From contig CM022667.1 in the NCBI GenBank assembly GCA_012295275.1, forward strand, positions 14,384,001 to 14,448,000: DNA of 64,000 nt, given 5' to 3'. Below are positions 1 to 13,986 of this stretch, one piece after another (the stretch's first letter is position 1; each line of letters begins with the position of its first letter). Position numbers and translations under genes: made by a program. Under the pieces are notes generated by a model that searched no databases, was not told where the DNA came from, and saw only the letters and a program-made list of their open reading frames with translations. Source of the DNA: Chrysomallon squamiferum (taxonomy: Eukaryota > Animalia > Mollusca).

Positions 1-66
1 TGTGTGTATGCGTATAAGCATGATTCTTAAAAGAGGTTATCTTTGTTAAGTTGTACTACAGTTTCT

Positions 67-187
<121 letters not shown>

Positions 188-225
188 TATTATCAGTTCT
201 AGTACCTTAAACAATAAACACTTAC

Positions 226-1568
226 TGGATGTAGCAGATTTTCTTGCAGTCTGAATCTTTCAATTAGTGACAATGTTCTAGAGGTGAACCAGTAGAACTG
301 ATTAACAGAACAAAAATACATCAAACCAAGATCTGGACGTCCAGAAAAGTGAGTTAAAATCTGATGTTTTGTAAATGCTGTTGTGTTGAGATACAGCCTC
401 TGAAGAGAAAAATAAATAAAGTAATGAAGAAAAAAGAAAAAGTTTAAAATAAAGTTTGTAGTTTAATGAAGAAATATAACTGCAGTCTAAATGTCTCCCG
501 ATATTAATGGAAAAGTTATTTAAATTTGTTTAACTTTCTTTATTCCTGTTACCCAGCGATATAGAATTACTTATTAGGCATCTGATATAAGATAGATAAT
601 CAGCTGCCTTTTTTTATGTTATTATTTTTTCTCTTTGTATTTTAATTCTTTCTTTTTTTCTTCTTTCTTTTTTTCTTCTTTCTTTTTTAATAGTCTGTTC
701 ATAGAGCAGTTGTATTTAAAACAAAGTACGCTGAACACTACGTCTCAAATAGTTTACTAACCCTCAGTTACTTGAATAATGTACAGAATCCCTCAAAGAG
801 ATCAGATCTATCTGAGAAGTGCTGTTTGAGGATTTTAAGTATCACGTGACAGCAAAGGTTCAGCAACAGCAACACATCCAGGCACAAAGTCTTTTTTACT
901 TCATTACATTATTTTATTTATTTATTTATTATTATTTTATTAAAATTTGTATAATAACCTGTAATTCCGGATCATCCAACGTCTGCGTAGGAAGTAAACC
1001 AGACAAAATGGCTGCCGTAATTCCGTAAATAACGTTGACGCAAACATCAATGTCGACGTTGTTAGTTGTAAAGAAGAACGGTTTGTTATGTGAACGAAGC
1101 CAGTTAGATTCATCCTCATTAGCCGCCTATAATAGAAAATTGTATAAAGAATGAAAAATGTACATTTATTAAATTAACAGTACACTATAGATGTTTTGAC
1201 ACTTCTAGAAGAATGAAAGACATTTTTCAAGAAAGCTGGAAACTGGTTTCGAGTTCTGTTTAAAAATTATGTATTAGTATTTAAAATATATTCTATATTT
1301 GAAATGAGAGCAACCATTTCATTTTTCTAATATTAGTAGAACAACAACATTACTACTTTAGAAGTACTACTATTACCTATGCTATTATTCTTATCATAAT
1401 CTTCTTTACCTTCTTTGTATTTATAAATTATTTACTGATGCTAAATTCCTTCATTCTGTAGGTACTACTGCTACTGCTATAATACTCACCCAGGAAGAAA
1501 CAATACTGACGTCATTGCCACTATAATCTACTTCTTGCAGGAAGTGACGCATGATGTAATATGATGTC
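226..1568 (-). pseudogene. 5'-truncated paralog of the secreted-protein gene at 3991-16564 (3' part of exon 2, exons 3 and 4; probably continues beyond the window start)
   Basis: Exon 2 remnant ~1490-1568 (TSYYIMRHFLQEVDYSGNDVSIVSSW|gtgagt). Exon 3 at 959-1126 (AANEDESNWLRSHNKPFFFTTNNVDIDVCVNVIYGITAAILSGLLPTQTLDDPELQ) and exon 4 at 226-399 (RLYLNTTAFTKHQILTHFSGRPDLG...LLHP|gtaagt) have the same lengths (168, 174 nt) and phases as the paralog. Similarity to exon 2 stops abruptly at ~1568 with no acceptor, and no exon 1 is seen between 1.6 and 3.9 kb. Confidence 0.75.
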
Positions 1569-2089
1569 AATAAAATTTTAAAATAAGACTAAAGTTACTT
1601 TATATATTCATTTCTATAATTCTTTTGTTTTCTTTATTATAAGTAGTACATGGTTTCCAAAAACATATTTAGAAATTAGTGAAGAATATCGCTTCAGAAA
1701 CTATAAAATCTGGCCATCTGAATTAACTGTATCGCGTATGCAGAGCCGTTCTAAGGGTATTGAACTACCCAGCCATTTTAATACCGACGTCCTGGTGTCC
1801 TTTGAAAAAGACAGACGTCCCGTAACGCAGACGCATTAAAACAACATAAGATGCGGTTGAGCGCATTACTGATGACCTGCCGTTTACCTCGAACAATATA
1901 AGTAGTAAATAATGGAACTGTCTGATACAACTAAATACAGAGCACAGAAAAAGATTATATAAAATTAGATTTATTACTAGACTTTTGACATGTCCATTTG
2001 AAGTATTTTTAGTCCTAATTTTAGAAGATGTCCAACGGCATCCAAGAACTGTATGGGTGTTTCCTGGCCAAGGGTTAGCCGTAACTGCA

Positions 2090-2760
2090 GTCTCACGAGT
2101 CTGTTTTGTATTCTGATGTTTCTATTCCTTTTATCAGTTCTATAAATGTGTATATGTTTGGATGGTGAAGTTGAACTGACCGGTTTATTCGGGAATGAAA
2201 ACCCTCCAGATTATTGTTTGTTCTGGGGCCAGCTGTCAGATGATGGCTCCACAAAATCAAAAGAAATCTGGCGTCATCGTCTACTGAATTAACTGAAAAA
2301 AAAGCATCATTTCACCTCAGCTTATGGAAATTCAGTTTCAGTTTGCAATCTGAACTTTAACTGGAGAAAGAGGTCGGTTTAATTATTAAGATTCTTCAAG
2401 AAACTGAAACGTCTACTGTAAGTTATTCTCTGTTTGTCGGGAAGAAGAGCAAACTCAAGAGGATACATACATGGTTGATATGTAATTGGTTTAACAATGC
2501 TGGGCAAGAAGAGAAAGCTCCGTTCATTATGATGGATTTTGCATCCATTAGAGCTACAGTTTGCTCATCTGTAGAGAACACAAGCATGTTATCGTCAATT
2601 CCATCGCAAGTCTGTGTTAGGGCAGGTATCAGAACTCGTCACTCTCTGTACAGTGCAGTGCTCATACTGGGAAAGGAAGACAAACGAGGAACAGCTTATG
2701 ATGGGGGGAGGGAACCGACGTCCTTCCTGACTGTCGTGGAAATTTTGTCTGTTATTTATT
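2090..2760 (-). mobile_element. Decayed Mutator/MULE transposase fragment
   Basis: Minus-strand translation across stops and frameshifts gives MLVFSTDEQ..IIMNGAFSSCPALLNQLHINH, then YPLEFALLPDKQRITYSRRFSFLK, EFP*AEVK*CFF and NNNLEGFHSRINRSVQLHHPNIYTFIELIK. These match the MULE DDE-domain motifs DGTF..P..F.QLY.IH / PL.FALLP.K...TY / FP...GCFFH / TNN..EG.H...HPNI..FI. Confidence 0.8.
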
Positions 2761-3990
2761 TTACAGTTTGATCCTATCACAGTAAAAATTAATAATCAGA
2801 TTCTTGACAATTTGACTCCACTTAAGGAATTTTTACTTTGGGGTACTGAAAGTCATCGTCGTTGTCATGTGCACAAAATTATTTAAAATATTATACAAAA
2901 AATCTTCTAGACTGTTAAGCTTTATGTTAGAATGAATTTCGTATTTAGACTTCAATCCAAATTTTTCGCTAACTCTCTATATTCATTCCAAAAACCGAAA
3001 CATTTTCGGTTTCAAGCATTTCATATAAACGATTCTCAAACTGTATTATTATTATTATTATTATACATACATACATATATACATACATACAGAGAAAGTC
3101 TTTAAAAAAAAATCATTAGAGCAAATATAATATATTTATTAATACATAATGAAGACATATTTTGTTACGTTACACGAGCGAATATGAAAATAAGTAGTAT
3201 TTCCTAGACAAAATCATATTACACCTAAATTTTATTCTTGTAGGTGTTTAAACATTTATAAATCTAAAAACAAACAGGTTTTGTTTTAGAAATATGGTAA
3301 CAACACCAGTACAGTTTTATAACAACAACAACAACAACAATTCCAACACCGAAATATATAATGAACAACAGTCAATTTTTATACACGTACAAATGTTAGA
3401 AACAATTAATAATGGTTAATCATTTTCGTTCTACACATTACTTAAGAATGAAGTATTTTAGAAAGATAGAAAATACAAGTATTGCGATTATTATTCAATA
3501 CAGTTTAATAACGAGGGAAAACTATAAATACAGACAAAAAAAATCGACATTAATATAAAACGTGTTAATATCATAAATCAGAATACTTTGTATACATCAC
3601 CATTAAACCATGCGAAGTTAAAATGCTACACGTAATTTCTGGTGGCATTTTATTCCAAGGACTAATTTAAACCTAATATATTCATACAATTTTCCTGAAT
3701 TGAACTTGAAAATTCACGTACGCCAAACACAATTGTCAGAGAAAAACTGTTAGACTCACAGAAGTAGCGAAAAGGAATCCTGTTAATTCTTGTCAGTGTG
3801 AGTAGAGAAAATCAAAAATATCCACAAATAAAGTTTTAATGTGAGTATGTGTGTCTGTCTCTGTGTGTGTGTGTGTGTGTGCGTGTGTGAAACATTATTG
3901 ATAAATAAACAAATAAAAATTCGCGCAGAAATTATGTAAAACATCTGTCTGACTGTATATCTGTGAACCTGATGGGTTCAACTTTAACGA

Positions 3991-4455
3991 TTAGTCCTGA
4001 ACGACACTGAACTGAGTCAAGGCTAGTAATGCAGTGGCGTACGTGTACGCCTCAGATGACCAATAAACGTGAAACGATTCTTCCATTCCACGGAACTTGC
4101 GTGGCGTCTTCACACCAAAGTGTTTCTCGTTCAACATGGCTTCGTATTCGTTTTCTGGAATGACGCCTTCGACTGCTCCTAAGAAGGTTTCTTCTGGAAA
4201 GTCTCCTTTATATGATAGTTTTGTTCCATTCATATACTGCAGTCGACTGGAAGGATACCAGCATCTTGAATCCTGAAAGCATTTATGAATTAAATAACTG
4301 ATATATATAATCTATATGCAAATTATTACAGACCATCATATGATCTAATTTTCTTTTCCAACCTTTCCTCTACAACGATATCCATTCTAAGCCCACAACC
4401 TTCTAGCATTATCATTAACAAAGTAATCATCATCACCATCATCATTATCATCATC

Positions 4456-4487
<32 letters not shown>

Positions 4488-4521
4488 TGTTATTGTTGTT
4501 GTTATTATTATTATTATTATT

Positions 4522-4581
<60 letters not shown>

Positions 4582-5251
4582 GCTGTTGTTGTTTCTACAC
4601 ATCATAATGGTAAGTTATATTTACATCCGGGGTTGGTGAGCCTGTCAGAAAGAAGGCGTTTTCGTGTTTGTACTGACTTCCAAAGATATTTTTCTCCAAC
4701 CATCTACATCCAGACGTCACTGTCTGTTTAACATGAGAAGGCGTGTCTGAAAGAAAACATTTCATGTTTGTGCTGCCTAACTTAAAATATATTGACACGT
4801 AATTCTGAGTAGTAAAAAGTAAAATTAGAAATAATTAATGTGTTTGACATGAAAACTAAAATGTTTTTGTGGTAGCGAGGCCTGGGATCACTGACCGTCT
4901 TTAGAATATTTAGTCATGTAATGAGTCATATTAAATTTTACTGAACATTTTATTTTAAAAAAGAATCCTTTCCATCGTTCTGAATGTTGTCTCAATATTT
5001 ATTTATTTATTTATTTTTTTATATATATCATTTCATTTCATTTATTTTATTTTATTTTTTTTTATTTTATTATGTTTCTTTTCATTTCATTTTATTTATT
5101 TATTTATTTTTATTTTTGTTTTAATTATTATTATTTTGTTTTGTTTTGGTAAGGTTCTGGTATTTCATTATCATCATAATAATCATCACCATATAATTAC
5201 CATTACTACTACTACTAGTACTACTACTAATACTACTACTTCTACTACTAC

Positions 5252-5294
<43 letters not shown>

Positions 5295-8019
5295 GGCCGA
5301 ATTGAGCATTTCTTTATATGAATGCTTTATCAATAAATTTTTGAGTTAATAAATCTAAGGGCTGATTAGATTTGCATTTGCTAGATAGGACTGAAACACA
5401 GGATTGTATAAACTGTAAACTTACTTTTCACCCACGACAACGTCTTATTTTCTGTATCGTAGACAGTCCAAATGTTCATCAACGTATTCAAAGTAACTGA
5501 CGTCATCGACAGTCGGTCGTCTACGTCAGTATTCTGAAGTACATTGATAGTTAAATATAACATAACTGCGTTAATTATGGTTGATATTTTAAGATGTGGT
5601 ATAATGTACAGTGTAACTGAATATTATTGTAATATTTAACAAATATGTATATAGAAAGATAAGTACAATTACGAGCTTTCAAAATACAGACACGAGGATG
5701 CGGGCGAGAGCGCTCATACAAACACACAAATGCACGCACACAATATGGCTGGCTATTTCAAAACAAAACATGTAAAAAGTGAAATAACAGATAAATTCAA
5801 ATCATTTTAGCAACTGCGAAAAACCTTTGTGTCGTCAAATAACATTTTTGCAGACATCATTGAACACAGCAAGATACTGGTTGCCAGGTATAGACAGATG
5901 CAAGCTGTATTATTTTAAATATTTAAATTATTTTACCGTTGTTAAATTTCCTAGAACACCGTCGAAATAGATTTCATCTGAGTTGTCACCGGGTTTAACG
6001 AGCGATAATATGTGTTGCGTTGCCTGACCTCTCAGGGCCTCTTTCATTGAATCATAGACCTCAACAATTGCCTAAAAATGTAGAAAGACTTTATGAAATA
6101 ACTTAGTATTTGAATGAACGGAGAGAGAGAGAAAGTCTTTCATCAATTCTAGTATACATTATTTAAGACGTGTACAAACTTACAGGATGTGGCAGATTTT
6201 CTCGCAGTCTGAATCTCTCAATTACTGACAATATTCTAGACGTGAACCAGTAGAACTGATTAACAGATGCATAATACCTCATCGCAAGATCTGGTCGTCC
6301 AGAAAAGTGAGTTAAAATCTGATGTTTTATAAATGCTGTGGAGTTGAGATACAACATCTAGAAAAGAAAAATACGAAATGAAATAGTTTAATATAATCCC
6401 TGGTATTTATAAATAGTAATAATAATAACTACAACGCTAACAACAACTGCGACAACAATAATAATAATAATAATAATAATAACATCCCAAAGGCAATCGG
6501 TCACGAATATAGAAACATGGCCACGTACAGTTAATTTTTCACTGTATTCTATTATACTCATTAATTAAGTTTAGATTGGGAAAAAAATGAAAAAACGACA
6601 GATTAGGAAGTAAACAGAATAATCTTTGATTATTTCTTCGTACAACTAGAAGTACCCTTTTACCTGAAAAGGGATAGACGATCCATTTAACAAAAATATA
6701 AAAATTTAAAAAAATTTAAAAATCTACTATCTTTCCTAAAATCAGTTTTTAAGTATTTATTTAGATTACGTCCCCAGTTCCTTTAAATATTTTGGAAAGA
6801 AACAAATTTATATAATAACCTGTAAATCCGGATCATCCAACATCTCCGCAGGAATTAAATCGGTCAATACGGACGCCGTAACTCCGTAAATGATGTTGAC
6901 ACAAACTGCAATGTCGACGTTGCTCACTGTAAAGACGGACGGTTTGCCATGGGAACGAAGCCAGTTAGCTTCATCCTCATTAGTCGCCTATAATAGTAAA
7001 TTTTGTAAAGAATGAAAAATGTGCATTTATCAAACCATGTACTATGCAGTAGTAGTAGTAGTAGTAGTAATAGTAGTAGTACTTGTTGTAGTAGTAGTTG
7101 TTGTAGTAGTATTAGTTGTGATAATAATAGAGTAGTGGTAGTGGTAGTGGTAGTAGTGGTGGTGGTAGTTATATCAGTGGTACTGATAGTAGTAGTGGTA
7201 GTAGTGATAGCAGTAATAGTGTAATAGTACAAGTAGTGGTTATAATAGTAGTAATATAGCGCAAGTAATGGTAGTAACATTAATATAATGATACTAGTAG
7301 TGTTGTGATAGTACTAGTCGCAATATTAGTATAATAGTGGTAGAATGTTTGTTTATAAATAGGCTATCAGATATTTCTTTAATTCCTTCAATATTACTAC
7401 CAGAGCCAGCTTATACATACACTATTACTGTTTCTTCTGGGTCAGCACTAATACTTCTAATACTACTGTTATTGTAATACTCACCCACGTAGAAAAAATA
7501 CTGACGTCATTGCCATTATACTCTGCTTCTTGCAGGAAGTGACGCATGATGTAATATGATGTCGGTGACGTCCCGTTCCTGACGTCAGAGACAAAAGGTT
7601 GATAAGGATATTTTTTCAGACTATCGGTAACAGAAGTTAAATTGGAATTTCCGTTGTTCCAGTATTTGCGGCTTTCTGGAAACATTTCTTTCATTTCTTC
7701 GAGAAGACTTCCCACTGCCAGATTTGCTGATGTCGTATCAAAATCACCTCCTAGATCTATAAATGTATCTTGAAATATCCTGAAGAAAAGAATGATATTA
7801 TTATTGTTGTGATTGATTGATTGAGTTTATTAATTGTAGCAGTAACAATAGTGTTAGTATTAATGAAAGAATTAATGTGTTTAAATTTGTATGTATGTGC
7901 GTGCGTGTTTGAGAGGCACATGGGTTTTTTCCTTTTAAAAGAATCATTTAACTTTAAATTTCTTCTATAATTACAATTTCCCTGTGTGTTTGTGTATGTG
8001 TGTTTATGCGTGCGAAAGC

Positions 8020-8055
<36 letters not shown>

Positions 8056-8221
8056 AAATAAAACATTCTAATAATTGGTTTTTTTATTTATATATTTATG
8101 TTAAATTGCTTTAACAGTCTGGAAAGCGAAATGAATACCTCCAAAACCAGTAGTAATAGCAAAGTGAAGTTGTAGTTGTAGTAAAAATAGCACAAGTAGT
8201 ATGAGTAACCCCGTAAACCTA

Positions 8222-8275
<54 letters not shown>

Positions 8276-11200
8276 CAGTATTAGTAGTAGCAGTCATAGC
8301 AGCAGCAGTGGCATTAGTAACTACAACAGTACATTAAGCATACGTTTTCAAAACAGATTCACGACCTCTGTTATTTTATTACATATAACTAAGCTTGATT
8401 TAGTGGAGGGAATTCAACCGTTTTATGCTGTTATTACAGATAATGTGAATAAGCAGACAATAACCTAAAAATTAAGAAAAAAAAAATCTGTCGAACACAC
8501 ATTCGCACAGCTATCCATCCATCCATCCATCCATCCATCGAACTATCCACAAAACTATCATGATACCTCTGTTCCCTCCTACCCGTCTATCCATCTACCC
8601 GGCTCACCACTGTTTCAAAGTTATTTTATTCATGTATCAATCAGTTATTTGAAGCTTAATTATAGAGTAAGTAGTAGAGTTTCAACAGCTGAAAATTGCC
8701 TTATAGTCCGGTGGCAGGGACCGATAAGCGTGCATTGCGGTCCGTACAAAGTTTTTTTGCTGTTTCTATACCTCCGAGATGTGCTCTTTAAGAATCTGAA
8801 TGATGCCACTCTGTCATCCTTGGGCAATCCGCACAATATGCAAATTAAGGCCGCCATTACTAAAAATCTTGTTTTCGTCAATATCTCAGTAACTATGCAT
8901 GGTATCAAAATAATGTTGGTGTCTATCTCCATGTTTTGAGGGGTAAAGAATCAGATTAAAACATTTCAGTCAAGATCACACCAATATTTTGTGCTGAATA
9001 GGCATATTAAGTCGGCCATTACTGAAAATCTCGTTTTCGTCAATATCTCAGTAACTACACATGGTATCAAAATAACTTTGGTGTCTATACACATGTTTTT
9101 AGGGGTAAAAAATCAGATTAAATCATTACAGTATTGATCACACCAATATTTTCTGCAAAATATGCAAAAATCAACTTCGGTGTATATCCGAGTCGTTATA
9201 GAACATCCCCTTTACTTATGCTGATGCATGTTGCCATTACTGATTTGACTCAGTCCTCAAACAAGTCACTTTCAACAACATTGTCACAGTCATCAACCCG
9301 TCTTCATCGTGATGGTCTTCGTGCGGGCGAAACGAGAGGCAGACTGGCCACTCCACCTCTGGGCAGTAGAGCAAATGATGCCATACTTTTTGGCCTCTGC
9401 TCACTTCAACTACGCGAGATATGGGTTGTACTACCTGAGTACAATGAAGCATCTCCCGCCTGAAGTGCTTCAGAGCTTCATGAGAGGTGAACACACCATG
9501 CGTCACAAGCCGGGACTCTGGAACGGGATCTGGTCCGACATGTGGATAGAGACAACTTTCATGCGTTACGGGCATGGTCCAAATGGAATCATAGGCATAA
9601 CCCTGAAGCCCGAAACACTAAAACGATGGGCATACAGTATGCACACCTGCAGCATGATCGTTCAAGATATCGCGGACATGTCCGATGACAGTGGGGAGAG
9701 GGAGGTGACGAGTCATAAAGAAGAGAAGCCAACACGCATCATTTCGGATGCCAAGGACAGGGACAAGATACGAGATAAACTTCTGACTTGCATTGATCCC
9801 CTGGATCCAACTGGTCATCCCGCTGGTTTGATCAATGTCGTTACTGGTCGGATTGCACCTGAAACGGTGAACGCACGTGACGCAGTGGATATTGGGAATG
9901 GTCAACTTGTGTCATTTGAAAAGAGCTGGCCTGGCGGATTTAATGCATCCTTATCCAAGTTGGTGTTGACCATGGCAGAGATGAGAAAGGCAGTAAGGGT
10001 TGGGAAGAATAATGTGTATGACACGGATACTAGGGTTGCAACAGTCTCGAAACATTGATATCAAAACTGTCCTTGCCTACCTCAATGTTTGATGATGAAG
10101 GCAAAATGAGGATCGCAACTACGAAATCAACGCTGAAGAAGAATCTGCAGGTGACTGTGTCCCAGCGTTTTGTTGAGAAATCAGAGGTAGAAATACTGGA
10201 TGGCTGTGCTATCCTTTGGGTTATAAACTGGCCTAATCAAGGAACTGTGGCAGATTTTGTCAACGGCTTCACGAGGAATGTGATGAAAAGGGTGGAAAGC
10301 CAGGACACAAACCGGATCTTTGATCGCTACTTCGACTTCAGCATTAAAAGTGGAACGCGGGCAGCTCGAGCTGGTGACGAAGCGAGCCGACGACACAAAC
10401 TGCAGTTACATACTCCATTGCCACCCCAGAAGGTTGTCCTTACAGTTACTGAGAATAAGGTACAGGTCATAGTTCTGATATGTCAGAATTTGATCCAGAA
10501 AGCACAGGACGAGCCGAATGAACACAGTCTGGTCATTACCTCTGCTGACTCTGTACCAGTTGTAATTCAGGATGGCATTGTCTTCCGTAGGGAAGATCTC
10601 ACGACTTGCCATGAAGAAGTGGATGTAATAATCATACAGCAGATGGTTAAGGCAGCTGAAAGTGGCGTGAAAAGAGTCAACATCGCATTTGAGGACACAG
10701 ACGTTTTTGTCCTCCTGCTGCACTTCTACGCAAAGTTGAACCTGACCTGTCGTCTTACAATGGAAGGACCAAGAGCTGAACGAACTACTATAGACATTGG
10801 GGCAACTGCAAGTGAACATGGACACTTGCTTTCACAACTGCCAGCCGCCCGTTCCCTCTCAGGCTGTGACACCGTGGCTCAGTCCTTCGGAGTAGGAAAA
10901 AGCACCGTCATCAAAGTCCTTAAGAGTGGTGTAAATGACATCATTGAAGAAGCGACAACATTCATGGCTGCCTGCTACGGGGTCAAAAGCTTGGTGACAT
11001 CGAACATGTCTGAGGTCCGTGGAGAAGTCTGGTCGCGAAGGATGGGTAGAAAAAATTTGACAAAGGCTCCAGAGCTTAAGTCACTTCCACCTTCTAAGAG
11101 GCATTCGAAGAGAACGTAAAGCGGGCGCACATTCAGACTGCCATTTGGAAATCAGCTCTCAACTCAGAACCTCCAGCATTAGATCCTGTCGAGTTCGGAT

Positions 11201-11890
11201 GGGAACGTGACGAACGCACTAGATGCTTGATCCCAGTAACATTGCAACCAAACATTAGTGTTGCTCCACCGGAGGTGCTGGAAATAATAAGGTGTGGTTG
11301 TACTACGGATACACCCTGTTCGACAGCAATGTGTGGATGCTATACAAGCTCACTTGCCATGCACAATGTTTTGTGGATGTCACGGAGAAGCACACTGCCG
11401 AGATGAGCACACCGGAATGACTGTGACAATGTTGTTGAAAGTGACTTGTTTGAGGACTGAGTCAAATCAGTAATGGCAACATGCATCACCATAAGTAAAG
11501 GGGATGTTCTATAACGACTCGGATATACACTGAAGTTGATTTTTGCATATTTTGCAGAAAATATTGGTGTGATCAATACTGTAATGGTTTAATCTGATTC
11601 TTTACCCCTAAAAACATGTGTATAGACACCAAAATTATTTTGATACCATGTGTAGTTACTGAGATATTGACGAAAACGAGATTTTCAGTAATGGCGGCCT
11701 TAATTTGCATATTGTGCGGATTGCCCAAGGATGACAGAGTGGCATCATTCAGATTCTTAAAGAGCACATCTCGGAGGTATAGAAACAGCAAAAAAACTTT
11801 GTACTGTATTGCAAGGTTCGCCAAAAATCTGGGGTTTGGCAACCGGACTTTTAAGTCGATGGACGACTGTGATAAAACCTCATTAGCGCT

Positions 11891-11950
<60 letters not shown>

Positions 11951-12678
11951 TTATAGATATCTAATGAGGAATGACTGCCACAGTATATATTCATGTTAAG
12001 ATTCGGGGTGATCCAAACTAAATTACAGAATACGATTACAAATTAATATCTTTTTAGTCTAACTGCAATACTATGAGAATATGCTTTATGCTATACAAAA
12101 AAAAAATAATAATAATAATAATAAAAAAATAAAAAATAAAAAATGAAAAGAAAACAAGACAAGACAAAGAAAATATTACACTGAATAAGTTAACGGCTGT
12201 TCAGAGACTATGTTCAGTTAATAATAAAAACAATTTGTATTTATTTATTTCATTTTTGAGAAGAATTAATAGTTTAAACTAAACCATATTGTAGCTTCAT
12301 CCGGACATAACTGCCCACAGCAGGCTCACGGTACAAGCATCTTCAATGAAGCGAACGCCAGATCAAAGCCATGAGGGCTGTGAACAGAGGTAGGGAAACA
12401 AAACGATAAAGAAACGGATCACTGAACTGAACTTTATTTTCAGATGTGTACTTGTAATTCAACAGCATTTGACGTAACTGGACAAATATACTGACAAAAC
12501 AGAGAAGATGAAACGACTGAATGCAGTAATGATGTACATCAAACATTTGAATGTGTAAACACGTTATGTATTTACATTTACAGATGTGTACTTGTATTTA
12601 CATATGAACCGAGTGTATGCACATGAAATACAAATCATAAAAATGTATATGTTACCCTTAGGACATCTATATTCATAT

Positions 12679-12717
<39 letters not shown>

Positions 12718-13929
12718 TTATATATATATTGGGTTTTTTGTGGGTTTTTGTGGTTCTTTGTTGGAGAAAACAACCGGCTTACTATGAACAACAATATTTT
12801 TTATAATCAAATAGCATATTTTAAGCATTTAAACGTTTGTTGTATATTGGCAATAATATTTGGAAGAAGTCTTTCAGCTCTAAAGAATAACTACATTTTC
12901 TGTATTTCTACACAGAGAATATATTCAACTTGCTACACATTTATTTTTTTCCATCTCCTTTCTTCAATGGGCAAACAGAGATTTGACAGTCCAAAATATA
13001 ACTACGGTAACAAGTGTTTTCACTCGTGATTTCTTAAACATGTCTTCAACACAGTATTTGATTGAAAATAGTCTGTAACAAGAAGCTTTAGATACGTTTT
13101 GCTCCAACTTTTATTCCATTTCATTATTAGATAAAATTTTGAAGAAATTAATTCCACTACAGCCATCCCTTTTGAAAATGTCTTCAAGATCGTTAAGAAA
13201 AAACAAGAACAGAAAAGGTGTTAATATTTCTCCATGCCTCGAACCTCTATACGACATGGACATTTTTATCTTTGTAAATATCTTTTACAGTCACAGATTA
13301 CTTAAATATATTGGTATACAGGTACCGGACCAATTATCCGCACTCCTTGGGGCCTGAGGCATTCCGGATTTCTGGATTTTTCCGGTTTTCTGGTACCAAG
13401 GCATCAAAATACGTAAATAATTAGGCATAAACATTTTAAAATTAAAAACACAAAGAAAACTGACGATACGCAACTGTGGCGACTCGACACATAAACAATT
13501 TTCGGGACGCCGGATAATTGTTCCGGTACATTTACTGTGAATAAGTTTAAAATATTTACCTCTTATATCGTTTTTCGCGATCCAGCTCAAGAAGAGGTAC
13601 ACGAATCCACGCAGAAACGGAAATAAATAAAGATTCAGTATATTTTTTCTTTCTAGTTCTTAATAATTCACTGAGAAAATATTACCTGACAATATGGTCA
13701 ACTATAGAATGATCTTTTGTAAATACGGCTTGAGTTTCAGATAACTCACGATGCATGCTTTGTCGAAGCAGTATACATTTTCTGGAAGAAGTAATTATCT
13801 GTATTTCGTTATTATAGTATAATATATTATTTTCATTTATAAAAAAAATAATATAATATTATGTCTATGGGAGTTTATTTAGAGTCAGCCCAAGGTTCTT
13901 ACATCTGTCTAGCATACAAATCGTGTTGT

Positions 13930-13986
<57 letters not shown>

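Noticed and set aside
2475-2771. 98-aa + strand ORF
   Set aside because: It is the antisense shadow of the decayed MULE transposase on the minus strand.
4387-8297. Poly-N/T/S/I/V ORFs (4387-4605, 5121-5333, 6924-7280, 7012-7224, 8088-8297)
   Set aside because: These are translations of intronic trinucleotide microsatellites, not genes.
8649-8939. Paired ORFs 8649-8939/8660-8932 and 11573-11842/11616-11999 with shared peptides
   Set aside because: They result from the transposon's inverted termini, with no evidence of coding function.
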